A stretch of 64,000 nt of DNA from an uncultured Clostridia bacterium (GTDB lineage: Bacteria; Bacillota; Clostridia; Christensenellales; CAG-917): positions 71,934 through 135,933 of the forward strand of contig CAKQUX010000003.1 of assembly GCA_934277645.1 (NCBI GenBank), read 5' to 3'. This document shows positions 1 through 9,495 of the stretch, one piece after another. How positions within the stretch are numbered: position 1 is the stretch's first letter; every line of letters starts with the position of its first letter. The notes beneath the pieces are model-generated. The model was given only the letters and a program-made list of their open reading frames with translations, was not told the origin of the DNA and searched no databases. Position numbers and translations under genes: made by a program.

Positions 1-2
1 TC

Positions 3-1046
3 CCGGAAGTATACTTGGGCGACGCAGACGAAGACGAGCGCATTGCAAATATCGACGCCAATATGGACAGATATCTTGCCTTAGATGTGTTTGAAAGAAT
101 CGAAAACAGCTATATACTTGTCGAGCGTACGACAAAAAGCGGCGTAAAAAGAATAGGGCTTGTCGGTGCCGTTGACCTTGAAGATTTTGATTTTACGGCA
201 AACGCAAAGTCGGTTATCAGACCTACCGAAGGCGTCGTTGCGTCAAGAATTCCTCCGCGTCTTAAAATCAGAAAAGACGCAAGTTTGGAGTTGCCGCATA
301 TTATGTTATTGATAGACGACCCGTCCTTTAAAGTCATCGAACCGATATATAATAGTCGCGATGAACTTGAAAAGCTCTATGATTTCGAGCTTAATATGGG
401 CGGCGGACATCTTGTCGGATACAAAGTCCCCGAGAACAAAGTTGATTTTGATTTCCTTTTAAACGAGAAAGAGCAAACGAAAAAGTACGGGAAAACCACG
501 AATTTCGTTTTCGCCGTGGGCGACGGAAACCACAGCTTGGCAACGGCTAAAACGCATTGGGAAAACGTAAAGAAAAATTTGTCCGAAAAGGAAAGAGAAA
601 ATCATCCTGCAAGGTTTGCACTTGTCGAAATAAACAACGTACATTCGGACGGCATTACGTTTGAGCCTATTCATCGCGTTGTGTTCGGCGTAGGACAGGA
701 GTTTGTAGATTATTTAAAGGGCAGATTAAACGGCGACCTTAAAATCAAAGTCGAATGTGACGGAAAAACTGATTACGTTTCTGTTCCGAGTCTGACTCCG
801 CTTGCTATAAGCGAAATTCAAAAGGCGATAGACGAATACGGAAAGGGCGAATGTGATTACATTCACGGCGACGAACATTTGAAGAACGTTGCCGCTCGCG
901 GCGGCGTTGCGATTTTTATGCCGAAAATAGAAAAATCAGATTTGTTTAAATACGTTCTGGATAACGGCGTTTTGTCAAGAAAGTCTTTCTCTATGGGCGA
1001 GGCGGAAGAGAAGCGTTATTATACGGAAGCAAGAATAATTAAATAG
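3..1046 (+). CDS. DUF1015 family protein (N-terminus lies outside the window)
   Basis: The frame is open from the window edge. The segment RIGLVGAVDLEDFDF...IRPTEGVVASRIPPRLKIRKDASLELPHIMLLIDDP resembles the DUF1015 core, with TE in place of the usual HE. Confidence 0.55.
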   Translation, partial: PEVYLGDADEDERIANIDANMDRYLALDVFERIENSYILVERTTKSGVKRIGLVGAVDLEDFDFTANAKSVIRPTEGVVASRIPPRLKIRKDASLELPHIMLLIDDPSFKVIEPIYNSRDELEKLYDFELNMGGGHLVGYKVPENKVDFDFLLNEKEQTKKYGKTTNFVFAVGDGNHSLATAKTHWENVKKNLSEKERENHPARFALVEINNVHSDGITFEPIHRVVFGVGQEFVDYLKGRLNGDLKIKVECDGKTDYVSVPSLTPLAISEIQKAIDEYGKGECDYIHGDEHLKNVAARGGVAIFMPKIEKSDLFKYVLDNGVLSRKSFSMGEAEEKRYYTEARIIK

Positions 1047-1064
1047 GTACATAGAGGAGATATT

Positions 1065-2375
1065 ATGTTAGTTTGTAAGTTTGGCGGAACTTCGATGGCA
1101 AATTCCGCAACGATAGCACAAGTTGCCGATATCATTTCGGCTGACGAGCAAAGAAGATACGTCGTCGTATCTGCGCCGGGTAAGCGTGACAAGCAAGATA
1201 CAAAGGTCACCGACCTTTTGTACAAGTGTTTTGCAGAAGCGCAAGCAAGCGGAAGTTGCAAAGAAACTTTTAAACTCGTAAAAGAGAGATTCGACGGCAT
1301 TATCGAAGGTCTTAACATAGACCTTGACTTGTCGAGCGATTATGACGAAATCGAAGAAAACATCAATTCTTCGACGACTGCCGATTACGCTGCGTCGCGT
1401 GGCGAATACTTATCGGCTAAGGTGCTTGCCAAGAAACTCGGCTATGCGTTTTTGGACACGTTGAAACTTATCAAGTTTAACGAAGACGGCGAACTTCAAC
1501 TTGAATACAGCCTTGACCTTATAAGACAAGAAATGCAAAAAGTCAAAAAGGCGGTTTTCCCCGGATTTTACGGTTCGGCACCCGGCGACGTCGTTAAAAC
1601 GTTTACAAGAGGCGGCAGTGACGTAACGGGCGCTATTATCGCAAGAGCTGCAGGCGCAGACGTATACGAAAACTGGACGGACGTTTCGGGCTTTATGATG
1701 GCTGATCCGAGAATCGTCGACAGTCCGAACAAAATCGAATGTCTTAGCTATCGCGAACTTCGCGAACTTTCGTATATGGGTGCAAACGTTCTTCACCCTG
1801 AATCGATTTTCCCAGTAAGAAGCGTAGGTATTCCTATCAATATCAAAAATACGTTCGCTCCGTCTGACAGCGGAACGATGATCGTTCCGTCATCGAAACT
1901 TCCTGAAAATCCGAGCGTTATCACGGGTATTGCAGGACAAAAAGGTTTCACGATTATTCTTATCGAAAAAGCGATGATGAACCTCGAAGTCGGATTCGTC
2001 AGAAAGGTTTTGTCCGTTTTGGAATATGAAAACATCAACGTCGAACACGTTCCGTCGGGCATAGACACTCTTTGCATCGTTGTTCGCGACGAAGATATTC
2101 AAAACAAAATGCAAAAGGTGCTTGATAAAATTCGCGACGCGGTCGGAGCAGATAACGTTGAAATTCACAGCGGACTTTCGCTTGTCGCAACCGTCGGACA
2201 CAATATGGCGTCACGTCACGGCACGGCGGCGACTATCTTCGGTGCGCTTGCAAAATCGAACATTAACATTCGTATGATTGACCAAGGTTCGAGCGAACTT
2301 AACATTATCGTCGGCGTCGATACTTTCGATTATGAAAAAGCAATCAACGCAATTTATCACGCTTTCAACAAATAA
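1065..2375 (+). CDS. lysC: aspartate kinase
   Basis: N-terminal KFGGTSMA motif, VVVSAPGK, and C-terminal ACT-like repeats. An SD (GAGGAG) lies 6 nt upstream of the ATG. Confidence 0.9.
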   Translation: MLVCKFGGTSMANSATIAQVADIISADEQRRYVVVSAPGKRDKQDTKVTDLLYKCFAEAQASGSCKETFKLVKERFDGIIEGLNIDLDLSSDYDEIEENINSSTTADYAASRGEYLSAKVLAKKLGYAFLDTLKLIKFNEDGELQLEYSLDLIRQEMQKVKKAVFPGFYGSAPGDVVKTFTRGGSDVTGAIIARAAGADVYENWTDVSGFMMADPRIVDSPNKIECLSYRELRELSYMGANVLHPESIFPVRSVGIPINIKNTFAPSDSGTMIVPSSKLPENPSVITGIAGQKGFTIILIEKAMMNLEVGFVRKVLSVLEYENINVEHVPSGIDTLCIVVRDEDIQNKMQKVLDKIRDAVGADNVEIHSGLSLVATVGHNMASRHGTAATIFGALAKSNINIRMIDQGSSELNIIVGVDTFDYEKAINAIYHAFNK

Positions 2376-2530
2376 AAACGCCTAATAAAGTTTGCCAAAT
2401 TGAAACACGGTAAAATTGAAACGTCGTAGAAATGCGTAGTAGAAATGTCAATATATCTAATAGCCTTAATATGTTAAATTGTAAAGATAACTAAAAAATG
2501 CCGATATAAAATCATTGTTTTAGTTAAATT

Positions 2531-2560
2531 AAAAAACGCTACCGATAGGTAGCGTTTTTA
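2531..2560. terminator. bidirectional intrinsic terminator
   Basis: AAAAACGCTACC-gata-GGTAGCGTTTTT, a perfect stem flanked by A and T runs. It sits between convergent lysC and the ABC transporter gene. Confidence 0.8.
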
Positions 2561-2654
2561 ATTTATGAGTTTTGTGATGTAATAGAAGTTGCTATTAATA
2601 CCACAAGGACTGACTGTGGCAACCGCTTTAAGCTTGATAAATATGTACCGTGAA

Positions 2655-5387
2655 TCAATTCGACCTTAAAGCGACGACAGGGTCTTTTTTAGATGCCATG
2701 ATAGCAGGGATAAAGCCTGAAATCAAAGTCAATACCACGCTTAAAAGGACAAGCAATACGCCGTGAAGCGGAGCGAGTTTAGCAAGGTTGTTCACAAGTC
2801 CCCCTGCAAGTTTGTTTATTATGGCGTTGATAGGGAAGTTTAAAATTGCAGCGACGCAAACTCCGAAAACGCCGCTAGATAGTCCTATTATGACCGTTTC
2901 GGCATTGAATACGTTTGATATGTCGATTTTTCTTGCGCCCAGACTTCTCAACACTCCGATTTCTTTCGTTCTTTCGAGTACGGAGATATATGTGATTATG
3001 GCAATCATTATCGACGAAACGAACAGCGAAATTGCGGCAAAGGCAATAAGCACATATGATACGATATCAATCATTTCGGACATACTGCTCGTTATTGTTG
3101 ATGCCATATCCGTGTATTGAATTTTGTCTTTGTCTGCTTTGTCTTCGTTGTATGCGTCAAGGTAGGAAAGTATCTTGCTCTTTGTCGCATACGAGGCGGG
3201 ATAAATCGAAATCGTGCTCGGAAGAGCAGTAGCGCCTATTTCCGCAAGGCGTTTCGTATAGTCGGGACAGATGACGGACAAAATAGTGTTTTCGTCAATA
3301 CTCATATTTTCCGTGATTATCGACGTAAGTCCTTTGACGGCTTTTTGCGTTGAGCCGCACTTGCTTTTAACGGCGGCAAAAACGTCCTCGAAAGTCGAGT
3401 CGGGTTGATTTTTGATATAAATTGCGTCTGATTCGCTAATAAGGTTTTTAAATTTAAGCAAATCGACGATATTTGCAAGGCTAACGTTTGCCGACGTGAT
3501 TAGTTTGTCGATTTCGGAGAAGTCGAATTTGAATTCGTTGTGCGACGGGTCGAGCGTATCGACGAAACAGTCTTTTTGTGCCTGAACGATTTGGCTCGAA
3601 GTCGATTGCTCGATAACGTAGTCGGTGAGTGAAGAAAGATAACCGACGCCGCCACCGAAAAACGTTATATCTTTGTCGGACTTGTTTCTTATTACGCCTA
3701 CGATTTTGATAAAATCGCCGTCAGGTTTGTTGTATGCGGTTTCATAGTCGCTTTGCGGAAGAGATGTGAAATAGTCTTCGCTCACTTTCGTATAAAACTC
3801 GTCGCTTGGCACAAGCCTGAATTTTAAGCCTTCTTGCGAGCTTGTCGAAACAAACTTTTTGAAATCGATAGAGTTGTATTTTATTGTGCCGTCGCTATTC
3901 GTTCCGTTTGCCGTCGGCGTTATGCCTATGGCTTTTAAAACGTCGCTTTTTATTCGGTTGTTTGCGTCGACGACAAGCACTGCTTCAAACTTGTTTTCAG
4001 GATATCTGCCGTCTATGACGTCGTAATAATCTTTAACGAACGAGTCGCTAAGAAGCTCTTGCCACCAAACGAGTTTTTCGTTTTGGGTGTCGCAAAGTTT
4101 GTAGCCTCCCGAGTTCGTTTTTGAAATCAAATTCATTTTTACGTCTTTTGCATAGGACACGCTCGCCGTCCAGTCGGGATGAGCTGTTTCCATTGCTTTT
4201 ACGTAAGCTACGTATTCGTCTGTCAATTTGTTTGTAAAAATGTTAAGTCCGCCGACTTCGCCGCTCGGGTCATAAGGAACGACTTCGCCCGTCGACGGAT
4301 AAGTTCCCTTTTTAATCGTTGCCGATTGCGCCTTTTCCATATCGAACGAAAATCCTATTTCGCTTACGGTGATAGGGAAGCTGTTTAGGGTAGTGCGCTC
4401 CATTTCGTCCATGTACAACGTAAATCCGTTTGAAATGGAAAGCACGAGAGCAATGCCGATGATGCCGATACTTCCTGCGAATATTGTAAGGAAAGTGCGC
4501 AGTTTTTTCGTAACGAGATTCCTTGCGCTGAGAGCAAGAGCGGTGAAAAAGTTCATTGACGATTTTTTCTTTCGGCGTCCGATTTTCTTTTTTGTGGTTT
4601 CAAGTGTGTCTTTGCTGCCTTCTTTAACGGGAGTGTCGGTGTTTTTGACTGCGTCGAATTCCGCTTCGTCAACGACGGCAAGGACTTGTTCGTCGGCTAT
4701 TTCTTCGCTTGTAGGCGGATTCGAGTCGGACAGAATTTCGCCGTCCAAAAGGCGTATGATTCTCGTGGAGTATTCTTTTGCAAGGTCGCCGTTGTGAGTA
4801 ACCATAATGACGAGTTTTTCCTTTGCAATCTCTTTCAAAATGTCCATAACCTGAACGCTTGTGACGCTGTCGAGCGCGCCTGTCGGTTCGTCGGCTAGTA
4901 TAATGTCGGGGTTGTTGACGATTGCTCTTGCAATAGCGACTCGTTGCATTTGTCCGCCTGACATTTGGAGCGGCTTTTTGTTTATCTGTTCGCTAAGGCC
5001 GACCTTTTCCAAAGCGTCGATAGCGAGTTGTCTTTTTTCTTTTCTCGAAACGCCCGAAATCGTAAGAGCGAGTTCGACGTTTGCCAAAACGGTAAGGTGC
5101 GGAATAAGGTTGTAGCTTTGGAATATAAAACCTATTTTTTGGTTGCGATAGGTGTCCCAATCACGCGATTTGTAGTTTTTGGTGGACGTGCCGTCGATAA
5201 TCAGGTCGCCTTCGGTGTAACTGTCAAGTCCGCCTATAATGTTCAGCGTGGTGGTTTTTCCGCAACCCGACGGTCCTAATATAGATGCAAATTCGTTTTT
5301 GCGGAACGTCAAATCGATGCCCTTTAATGCGTGGACACTGTTTCCTTGCAAGACGTAATCTTTTTTAATCCCTTTTAATTCCAGCAT
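2655..5387 (-). CDS. fused ABC transporter: ATP-binding domain plus FtsX/MacB-type permease with a large extracytoplasmic domain
   Basis: Walker [10 protein letters not shown], signature [14 protein letters not shown] and Walker [12 protein letters not shown] at the N-terminus. The C-terminus has FtsX-like TM helices ([13 protein letters not shown]). Confidence 0.85.
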   Translation of the reverse strand: MLELKGIKKDYVLQGNSVHALKGIDLTFRKNEFASILGPSGCGKTTTLNIIGGLDSYTEGDLIIDGTSTKNYKSRDWDTYRNQKIGFIFQSYNLIPHLTVLANVELALTISGVSRKEKRQLAIDALEKVGLSEQINKKPLQMSGGQMQRVAIARAIVNNPDIILADEPTGALDSVTSVQVMDILKEIAKEKLVIMVTHNGDLAKEYSTRIIRLLDGEILSDSNPPTSEEIADEQVLAVVDEAEFDAVKNTDTPVKEGSKDTLETTKKKIGRRKKKSSMNFFTALALSARNLVTKKLRTFLTIFAGSIGIIGIALVLSISNGFTLYMDEMERTTLNSFPITVSEIGFSFDMEKAQSATIKKGTYPSTGEVVPYDPSGEVGGLNIFTNKLTDEYVAYVKAMETAHPDWTASVSYAKDVKMNLISKTNSGGYKLCDTQNEKLVWWQELLSDSFVKDYYDVIDGRYPENKFEAVLVVDANNRIKSDVLKAIGITPTANGTNSDGTIKYNSIDFKKFVSTSSQEGLKFRLVPSDEFYTKVSEDYFTSLPQSDYETAYNKPDGDFIKIVGVIRNKSDKDITFFGGGVGYLSSLTDYVIEQSTSSQIVQAQKDCFVDTLDPSHNEFKFDFSEIDKLITSANVSLANIVDLLKFKNLISESDAIYIKNQPDSTFEDVFAAVKSKCGSTQKAVKGLTSIITENMSIDENTILSVICPDYTKRLAEIGATALPSTISIYPASYATKSKILSYLDAYNEDKADKDKIQYTDMASTITSSMSEMIDIVSYVLIAFAAISLFVSSIMIAIITYISVLERTKEIGVLRSLGARKIDISNVFNAETVIIGLSSGVFGVCVAAILNFPINAIINKLAGGLVNNLAKLAPLHGVLLVLLSVVLTLISGFIPAIMASKKDPVVALRSN

Positions 5388-5415
5388 ATATACCTACCGT
5401 TCTTTTTGATAAATC

Positions 5416-5444
5416 ATTATAATATGAAAAGTAACAAGTGTCAA
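5416..5444 (-). promoter_or_regulatory. sigma-70/SigA-type promoter for the ABC transporter gene
   Basis: On the minus strand: TTGACA, 17 nt spacer, TATAAT. Both hexamers are perfect consensus, about 30 nt upstream of the ATG. Confidence 0.7.
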
Positions 5445-5709
5445 CAAACGCAAATCAAATGCCTTGCAAATTGTGTGTTTGAGTGATATTATAAATTTGA
5501 TTATATAGTTGTTTATTTATAAATAAACACTTAGCATATATATTTAGTTTAATAGGTATTTAAGCGTATATAAACATTTAGCTATATATAGATACTTAAA
5601 TAATTATAATATTTAACTTTGTATATAGATTTATTAGTTTATATATAGACGTTTATCTTATATTCAGTTAGGTAAAGAGCGGCTTAAAATTGCCACTATA
5701 AGGGTTAAA

Positions 5710-6420
5710 ATGGATATTTTTGAAAGAGAGAAAATGTTAATCGGCGATGAAGCCGTAAAGCGTCTTAATGGCGCAAAAGTCGCGCTTTTCGGAGTCGGTG
5801 GGGTCGGCGGCTACGTTGCCGAAATTTTGACGAGAGCAGGAGTCGGAACGATAGCTATTGTCGACAACGACGTCGTATCTCCGTCGAACATAAACAGACA
5901 GATTATAGCCACTCATCTGACGATAGGGAAAAGCAAGGTTATGGCCGCGTGCGAAAGGTTGTTTGAAATAAATCCGAAAATAAACGCAAGACCGTTTGAG
6001 TTTTTCTATGACGAAATGACATGCGACGAAATCGACTTGTCGAAATTCGACTTTATCGTAGACGCCATAGACACAGTGACAAGTAAATTGCTTCTCATTC
6101 AAAACGCAAAGGCTGTCGGTGTGAAGATAATCAGTTGTATGGGAACGGGCAATAAGTACACAACCGACTTTTTAATCGACGACATTTCAAAAACGAGCGT
6201 TTGTCCGCTTTGCAAAGTTATGCGAAAAGAACTCAAAGTCAGGAACATATCGGGTGTTCCCGTTTTATACAGTCTTGCCGAACCTAAAAAACCGCAAAAT
6301 CAAATCACCGAAAACGGCAGACATATTCCGGCCAGCATTTCGTTTGCGCCTGCCGCGGCAGGAATTAAAATAGGCGAATACGTGATTAAGGAATTGCTTA
6401 AAGGAGCAAGCAATGAGTAA
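5710..6420 (+). CDS. tcdA: tRNA threonylcarbamoyladenosine dehydratase (ThiF/MoeB-family E1-like)
   Basis: FGVGGVGGYVAEILTRAGVGTIAIVDNDVVSPSNINRQ Rossmann and E1-like motif; length about 236 aa. Confidence 0.75.
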   Translation: MDIFEREKMLIGDEAVKRLNGAKVALFGVGGVGGYVAEILTRAGVGTIAIVDNDVVSPSNINRQIIATHLTIGKSKVMAACERLFEINPKINARPFEFFYDEMTCDEIDLSKFDFIVDAIDTVTSKLLLIQNAKAVGVKIISCMGTGNKYTTDFLIDDISKTSVCPLCKVMRKELKVRNISGVPVLYSLAEPKKPQNQITENGRHIPASISFAPAAAGIKIGEYVIKELLKGASNE

Positions 6421-7015
6421 ACAGTGTTTTATTGCGTTAAACAGCGATACGGTCGCACCCCCTTTCGGTGACCTTATCTGCGCCGACGGAGGCTGTAAAA
6501 GAGCAGGCGGCGTAAAGCCTTTGGCTATAATAGGCGATTTCGATTCGTCGGATACGGCAGACCTTGAAAACGTTATCGTTTATCCAAAAGAAAAAGATTT
6601 TTCGGACGGCGAGCTGTGCCTTGAATATGCATTGGAGAACGGTTATGACGAAATAGTGTTTTCGGGCGTTACGGGCGGAAGGCTTGACCATCAGCTTGCA
6701 AATCTGAGTCTTATAAAAAAGGCTACGGAAAGCGGCGTGAGCGCAATGGGGCTTGACGAGACAGGCGGCAAGAAAATAGAAATTTATTATACCGAAAAAC
6801 CGATAAGACTGTCAGTTCGCAAAGGCGATTTGATTTCCGTTATGCCGTTTGAGTTTGTGACTTGTCATAGGGCAAGCGGCGTTAAATATCCGCTTAACGA
6901 TTTGACCTTGAACAACTCGAATCTTTCATACGGCTTGTCGAACGTAGCGACGGCTAATGAAGTTGAGTTTGAATTCACTTGTGGCGGCACATTCGTGTTT
7001 CGCTATGAAGTTTAA
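6413..7015 (+). CDS. thiN: thiamine diphosphokinase
   Basis: IGDFDS motif, KDFSDGELCLEYA, and a C-terminal thiamin-binding region. Overlaps tcdA by 8 nt, with an AAAGGAG SD. Confidence 0.8.
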   Translation: MSKQCFIALNSDTVAPPFGDLICADGGCKRAGGVKPLAIIGDFDSSDTADLENVIVYPKEKDFSDGELCLEYALENGYDEIVFSGVTGGRLDHQLANLSLIKKATESGVSAMGLDETGGKKIEIYYTEKPIRLSVRKGDLISVMPFEFVTCHRASGVKYPLNDLTLNNSNLSYGLSNVATANEVEFEFTCGGTFVFRYEV

Positions 7016-7157
7016 AGCAAAAGTGAAAAACAAACAAAATAAAACGACGAAAGAAAAGCAATAAAACAGAGAAAACCAAAAATACAAGCAACGAGAAATA
7101 AAAGCAATAAATAATTGAAGAAACCGAAACGCAAGCAACGAATAAAGTAAACGATAT

Positions 7158-7187
7158 AAAAGCGACGAATTATATTTCGTCGCTTTT
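7158..7187. terminator. bidirectional intrinsic terminator
   Basis: AAAAGCGACGAA-ttatat-TTCGTCGCTTTT between convergent thiN and thiT. Confidence 0.8.
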
Positions 7188-7379
7188 ACGTTTTGCACTT
7201 ATTACAATTAAAAGTCTATATTGACAACTAAAAGTGTGTGTTTAATCAAAAACCGGTGTTTAGAATTAAAAACCAAGATGACAGCTGCTTTGATTGCCGA
7301 TAATGTTATAAATCTGCAAATGGGTATTTAATTTTAACCAAATTCAGATTGTATTCAAATTCAGACTTAATTATTTTTA

Positions 7380-8594
7380 CTATTCTTGCTTTGCGTTTTC
7401 GCTTTCTGAATTTGCCGCTGTATTTTCTGTTTTTGTTTGCACGGTTTCGGTATTTTCGGTAGGCGTTTCGTCGGCGTTCGGCTCATTGTCGTTTTCGGCT
7501 TCGTCTACCACATCTTCCTTTTTGATTGAGGCCGTAACGTCGAGACGTTTTACAAACTCTTTTGACGCAAACATAAGCGAACCGCAAACAAGAGCGATAG
7601 CAAGGTCGGCAAATACAAACGAGTTGTACAAGAAGCTCCAAGCAACTGCCGAGTAACTTGCGTCACCGCTTCCGAAAATGAACACGCCGCTTATAACGTG
7701 CGAGAAATAACGAAGAACCGCGGCAAGTATTCCGCCAAGCAAGAAGCTGACGATAGGTTTCGATTTGAAAAGGCCGACTTCTTTGAACAAACCGCAAAGT
7801 CCGATTGCAGAAAATGCGATAGGGTAGTCGAGCAAGAATTGTACAGGGTGATAGAGCCACGGCGCTTGAATGAATTGCAAAAAGCCGTAAATTACGCCTG
7901 CAACGATGCCTCGTCTTATTCCGAACATATACGAATAAATCAAAAGCGGAAGAATACTTGCAAGCGTAATCGAACCGCCTTGCGGCAATTCAAAGAAGCG
8001 GACGTACGAAAGCGCAAACGAAAGCGCAATCGAAAGCGAGGCGTAAACGATTGATTTTGTGTGCAGTTTCGCGTCTTCCTTTTTGCCGCAGAACACAGCG
8101 AGCAAAACGATGACCGCAACTATGACTATCGTAAAGATATAAAGCATTGCGTTGTCGGCTTTGCTTAAAACCATATCGTTGTTCGTTACGCCGAGCGCAA
8201 TTATCAACGCTATTGCGAAAGCTCCGACAATTCCGCCTGCGATTTTTGCGAAAAGCGAAAATTTCTCTTTTTTGAAGAGCAGTATTACGATTGCGCAAAC
8301 AGCCAAAACCAATACGGTCAGAACAAATGCAAGGACAGGGTAGAAACTCGTTTTTACGATATAGCCTGCCGCCGAGTATTCGTCGAGTTTTAAAAATCCG
8401 AGAAGCAGGATAACCGATAAGCTGTAACCGAAAACAAAACCGACGACATAGCGTTTGATGATTTGCGAATCGTTACGTTTTTTGCTTACGGCAAGAATTG
8501 CAATTATGCAAATTGCAAAAAAGATAGTGACAAAAAATGCAATCGTAGCAGTTTTGTCAAAGGTTGATAGCGACTGAAAATTTTTCAAGTCCAT
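7380..8594 (-). CDS. thiT: thiamine transporter ThiT (ECF S-component) fused to an extra N-terminal polytopic membrane domain and an acidic C-terminal tail
   Basis: The C-terminal half (FELPQGGSITLASILPLLIYSYMFGIRRGIVAGVIYGFLQF...) is ThiT-like, and a TPP riboswitch lies directly upstream. The start is set at ATG 8594 with a GGAAGGAG SD. The longer ORF-track start at 8678 runs through the riboswitch. Confidence 0.75.
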   Translation of the reverse strand: MDLKNFQSLSTFDKTATIAFFVTIFFAICIIAILAVSKKRNDSQIIKRYVVGFVFGYSLSVILLLGFLKLDEYSAAGYIVKTSFYPVLAFVLTVLVLAVCAIVILLFKKEKFSLFAKIAGGIVGAFAIALIIALGVTNNDMVLSKADNAMLYIFTIVIVAVIVLLAVFCGKKEDAKLHTKSIVYASLSIALSFALSYVRFFELPQGGSITLASILPLLIYSYMFGIRRGIVAGVIYGFLQFIQAPWLYHPVQFLLDYPIAFSAIGLCGLFKEVGLFKSKPIVSFLLGGILAAVLRYFSHVISGVFIFGSGDASYSAVAWSFLYNSFVFADLAIALVCGSLMFASKEFVKRLDVTASIKKEDVVDEAENDNEPNADETPTENTETVQTKTENTAANSESENAKQE

Positions 8595-8616
8595 TTTGTC
8601 TCCTTCCGCTAACCCG

Positions 8617-8647
8617 AAAAAGAAAAAGTCCCCTGAACCCAGAGGAC
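8617..8647 (-). terminator. intrinsic terminator acting as the TPP riboswitch expression platform
   Basis: Minus strand GTCCTCTG-GGTT-CAGGGGAC followed by TTTTTCTTTTT, between the aptamer and the thiT SD. Confidence 0.7.
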
Positions 8648-8649
8648 GA

Positions 8650-8730
8650 ATTGCTTCCTTTCGTGAGCTCAAACTCAATCAAGTTCAAAGGGTTTAATCT
8701 CAGACGACCAAGTCGTCACCCCCAGCGTTT
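8650..8730 (-). promoter_or_regulatory. TPP (THI-box) riboswitch aptamer
   Basis: The minus strand reads CUGGGGGUGACGACUUGGUCGUCUGAGAUUAAACCCUUUGAACUUGAUUGAGUUUGAGCUCACGAAAGGAAG. It contains the GGGGUG, CUGAGA, ACCC-UUGAAC-UGAU and AGGAAG elements in canonical order, upstream of a thiamine transporter. Confidence 0.85.
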
Positions 8731-8809
8731 ATTAATTTTTATAGGACGCCATAGGCGTTACCTTATATTGTTTCGGCGATTTGCCTTTTGGCGAAACCGT
8801 GATTTGCGA

Positions 8810-9364
8810 TTATTTCTTTTCGACTTTTTTGAAATCCAATTCGTCAATGACGTTTCCGTCGAAATCGTAAATCGTAATGGCGTCGGCAGCCGTGTCAAGA
8901 ATGATGTACGAAAGCGGGCTGTCGTTCACAGGTAACGAGCAAGAGCCGCTGTTTATGAAGTAAACGCCGTTGACTTCTTTTATGAACGGATAGTGCAAGT
9001 GTCCGTAGAAACAAACGTCGCCCTTTTTGAGATGGGCAGGCGGTGTGTCCATATTGAACTTATGTCCGTGCGAGAAGAAGAACGAACGGTCGGTTACGAT
9101 TTCGTGATAGTCTTGGAAAGTGAAATCCGAAATCATTTGGTCGACCTCGCTGTCGCAGTTGCCCTTAATGACGGTAAGTTTGCCCTTGTATGCATTGAGC
9201 AATTCGGCAACTTTCATCGGGGCATAGCCGTCAGGCAGCGGATTTCTCGGTCCGTGATTGTAAATATCGCCAAGCAAAATGAGCGGTTGTCCGTTTGCTA
9301 TTTCTATTATACGCTTTGCGCTTGTCGCGCTTCCGTGCAAGTCGGATGCAATAATAAATTTCAT
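8810..9364 (-). CDS. YfcE-family metallophosphoesterase
   Basis: MKFIIASDLHGS, GDIYNHGPRN, GNCDSE, SHGH and YGHLH metal-binding motifs. GAGGTG SD before the ATG at 9364. Confidence 0.8.
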   Translation of the reverse strand: MKFIIASDLHGSATSAKRIIEIANGQPLILLGDIYNHGPRNPLPDGYAPMKVAELLNAYKGKLTVIKGNCDSEVDQMISDFTFQDYHEIVTDRSFFFSHGHKFNMDTPPAHLKKGDVCFYGHLHYPFIKEVNGVYFINSGSCSLPVNDSPLSYIILDTAADAITIYDFDGNVIDELDFKKVEKK

Positions 9365-9495
9365 TCTTTCACCTCGTAACAAGTATACATTATAAGGCGT
9401 TAAATGTAAAGCCGATTTTTTAAAATAATATTGCGCAAAGAATTATTATATGATAAAATATTTTCAATATAAATAAGGGAGAACATAATGAGATA

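Noticed and set aside
8595-8678. N-terminal extension of the thiT ORF (MSLSSRKEAIRPLGSGDFFFFGLAEGDK).
   Set aside because: This stretch is the TPP riboswitch terminator and 3' aptamer region. A proper SD and ATG sit at 8594.
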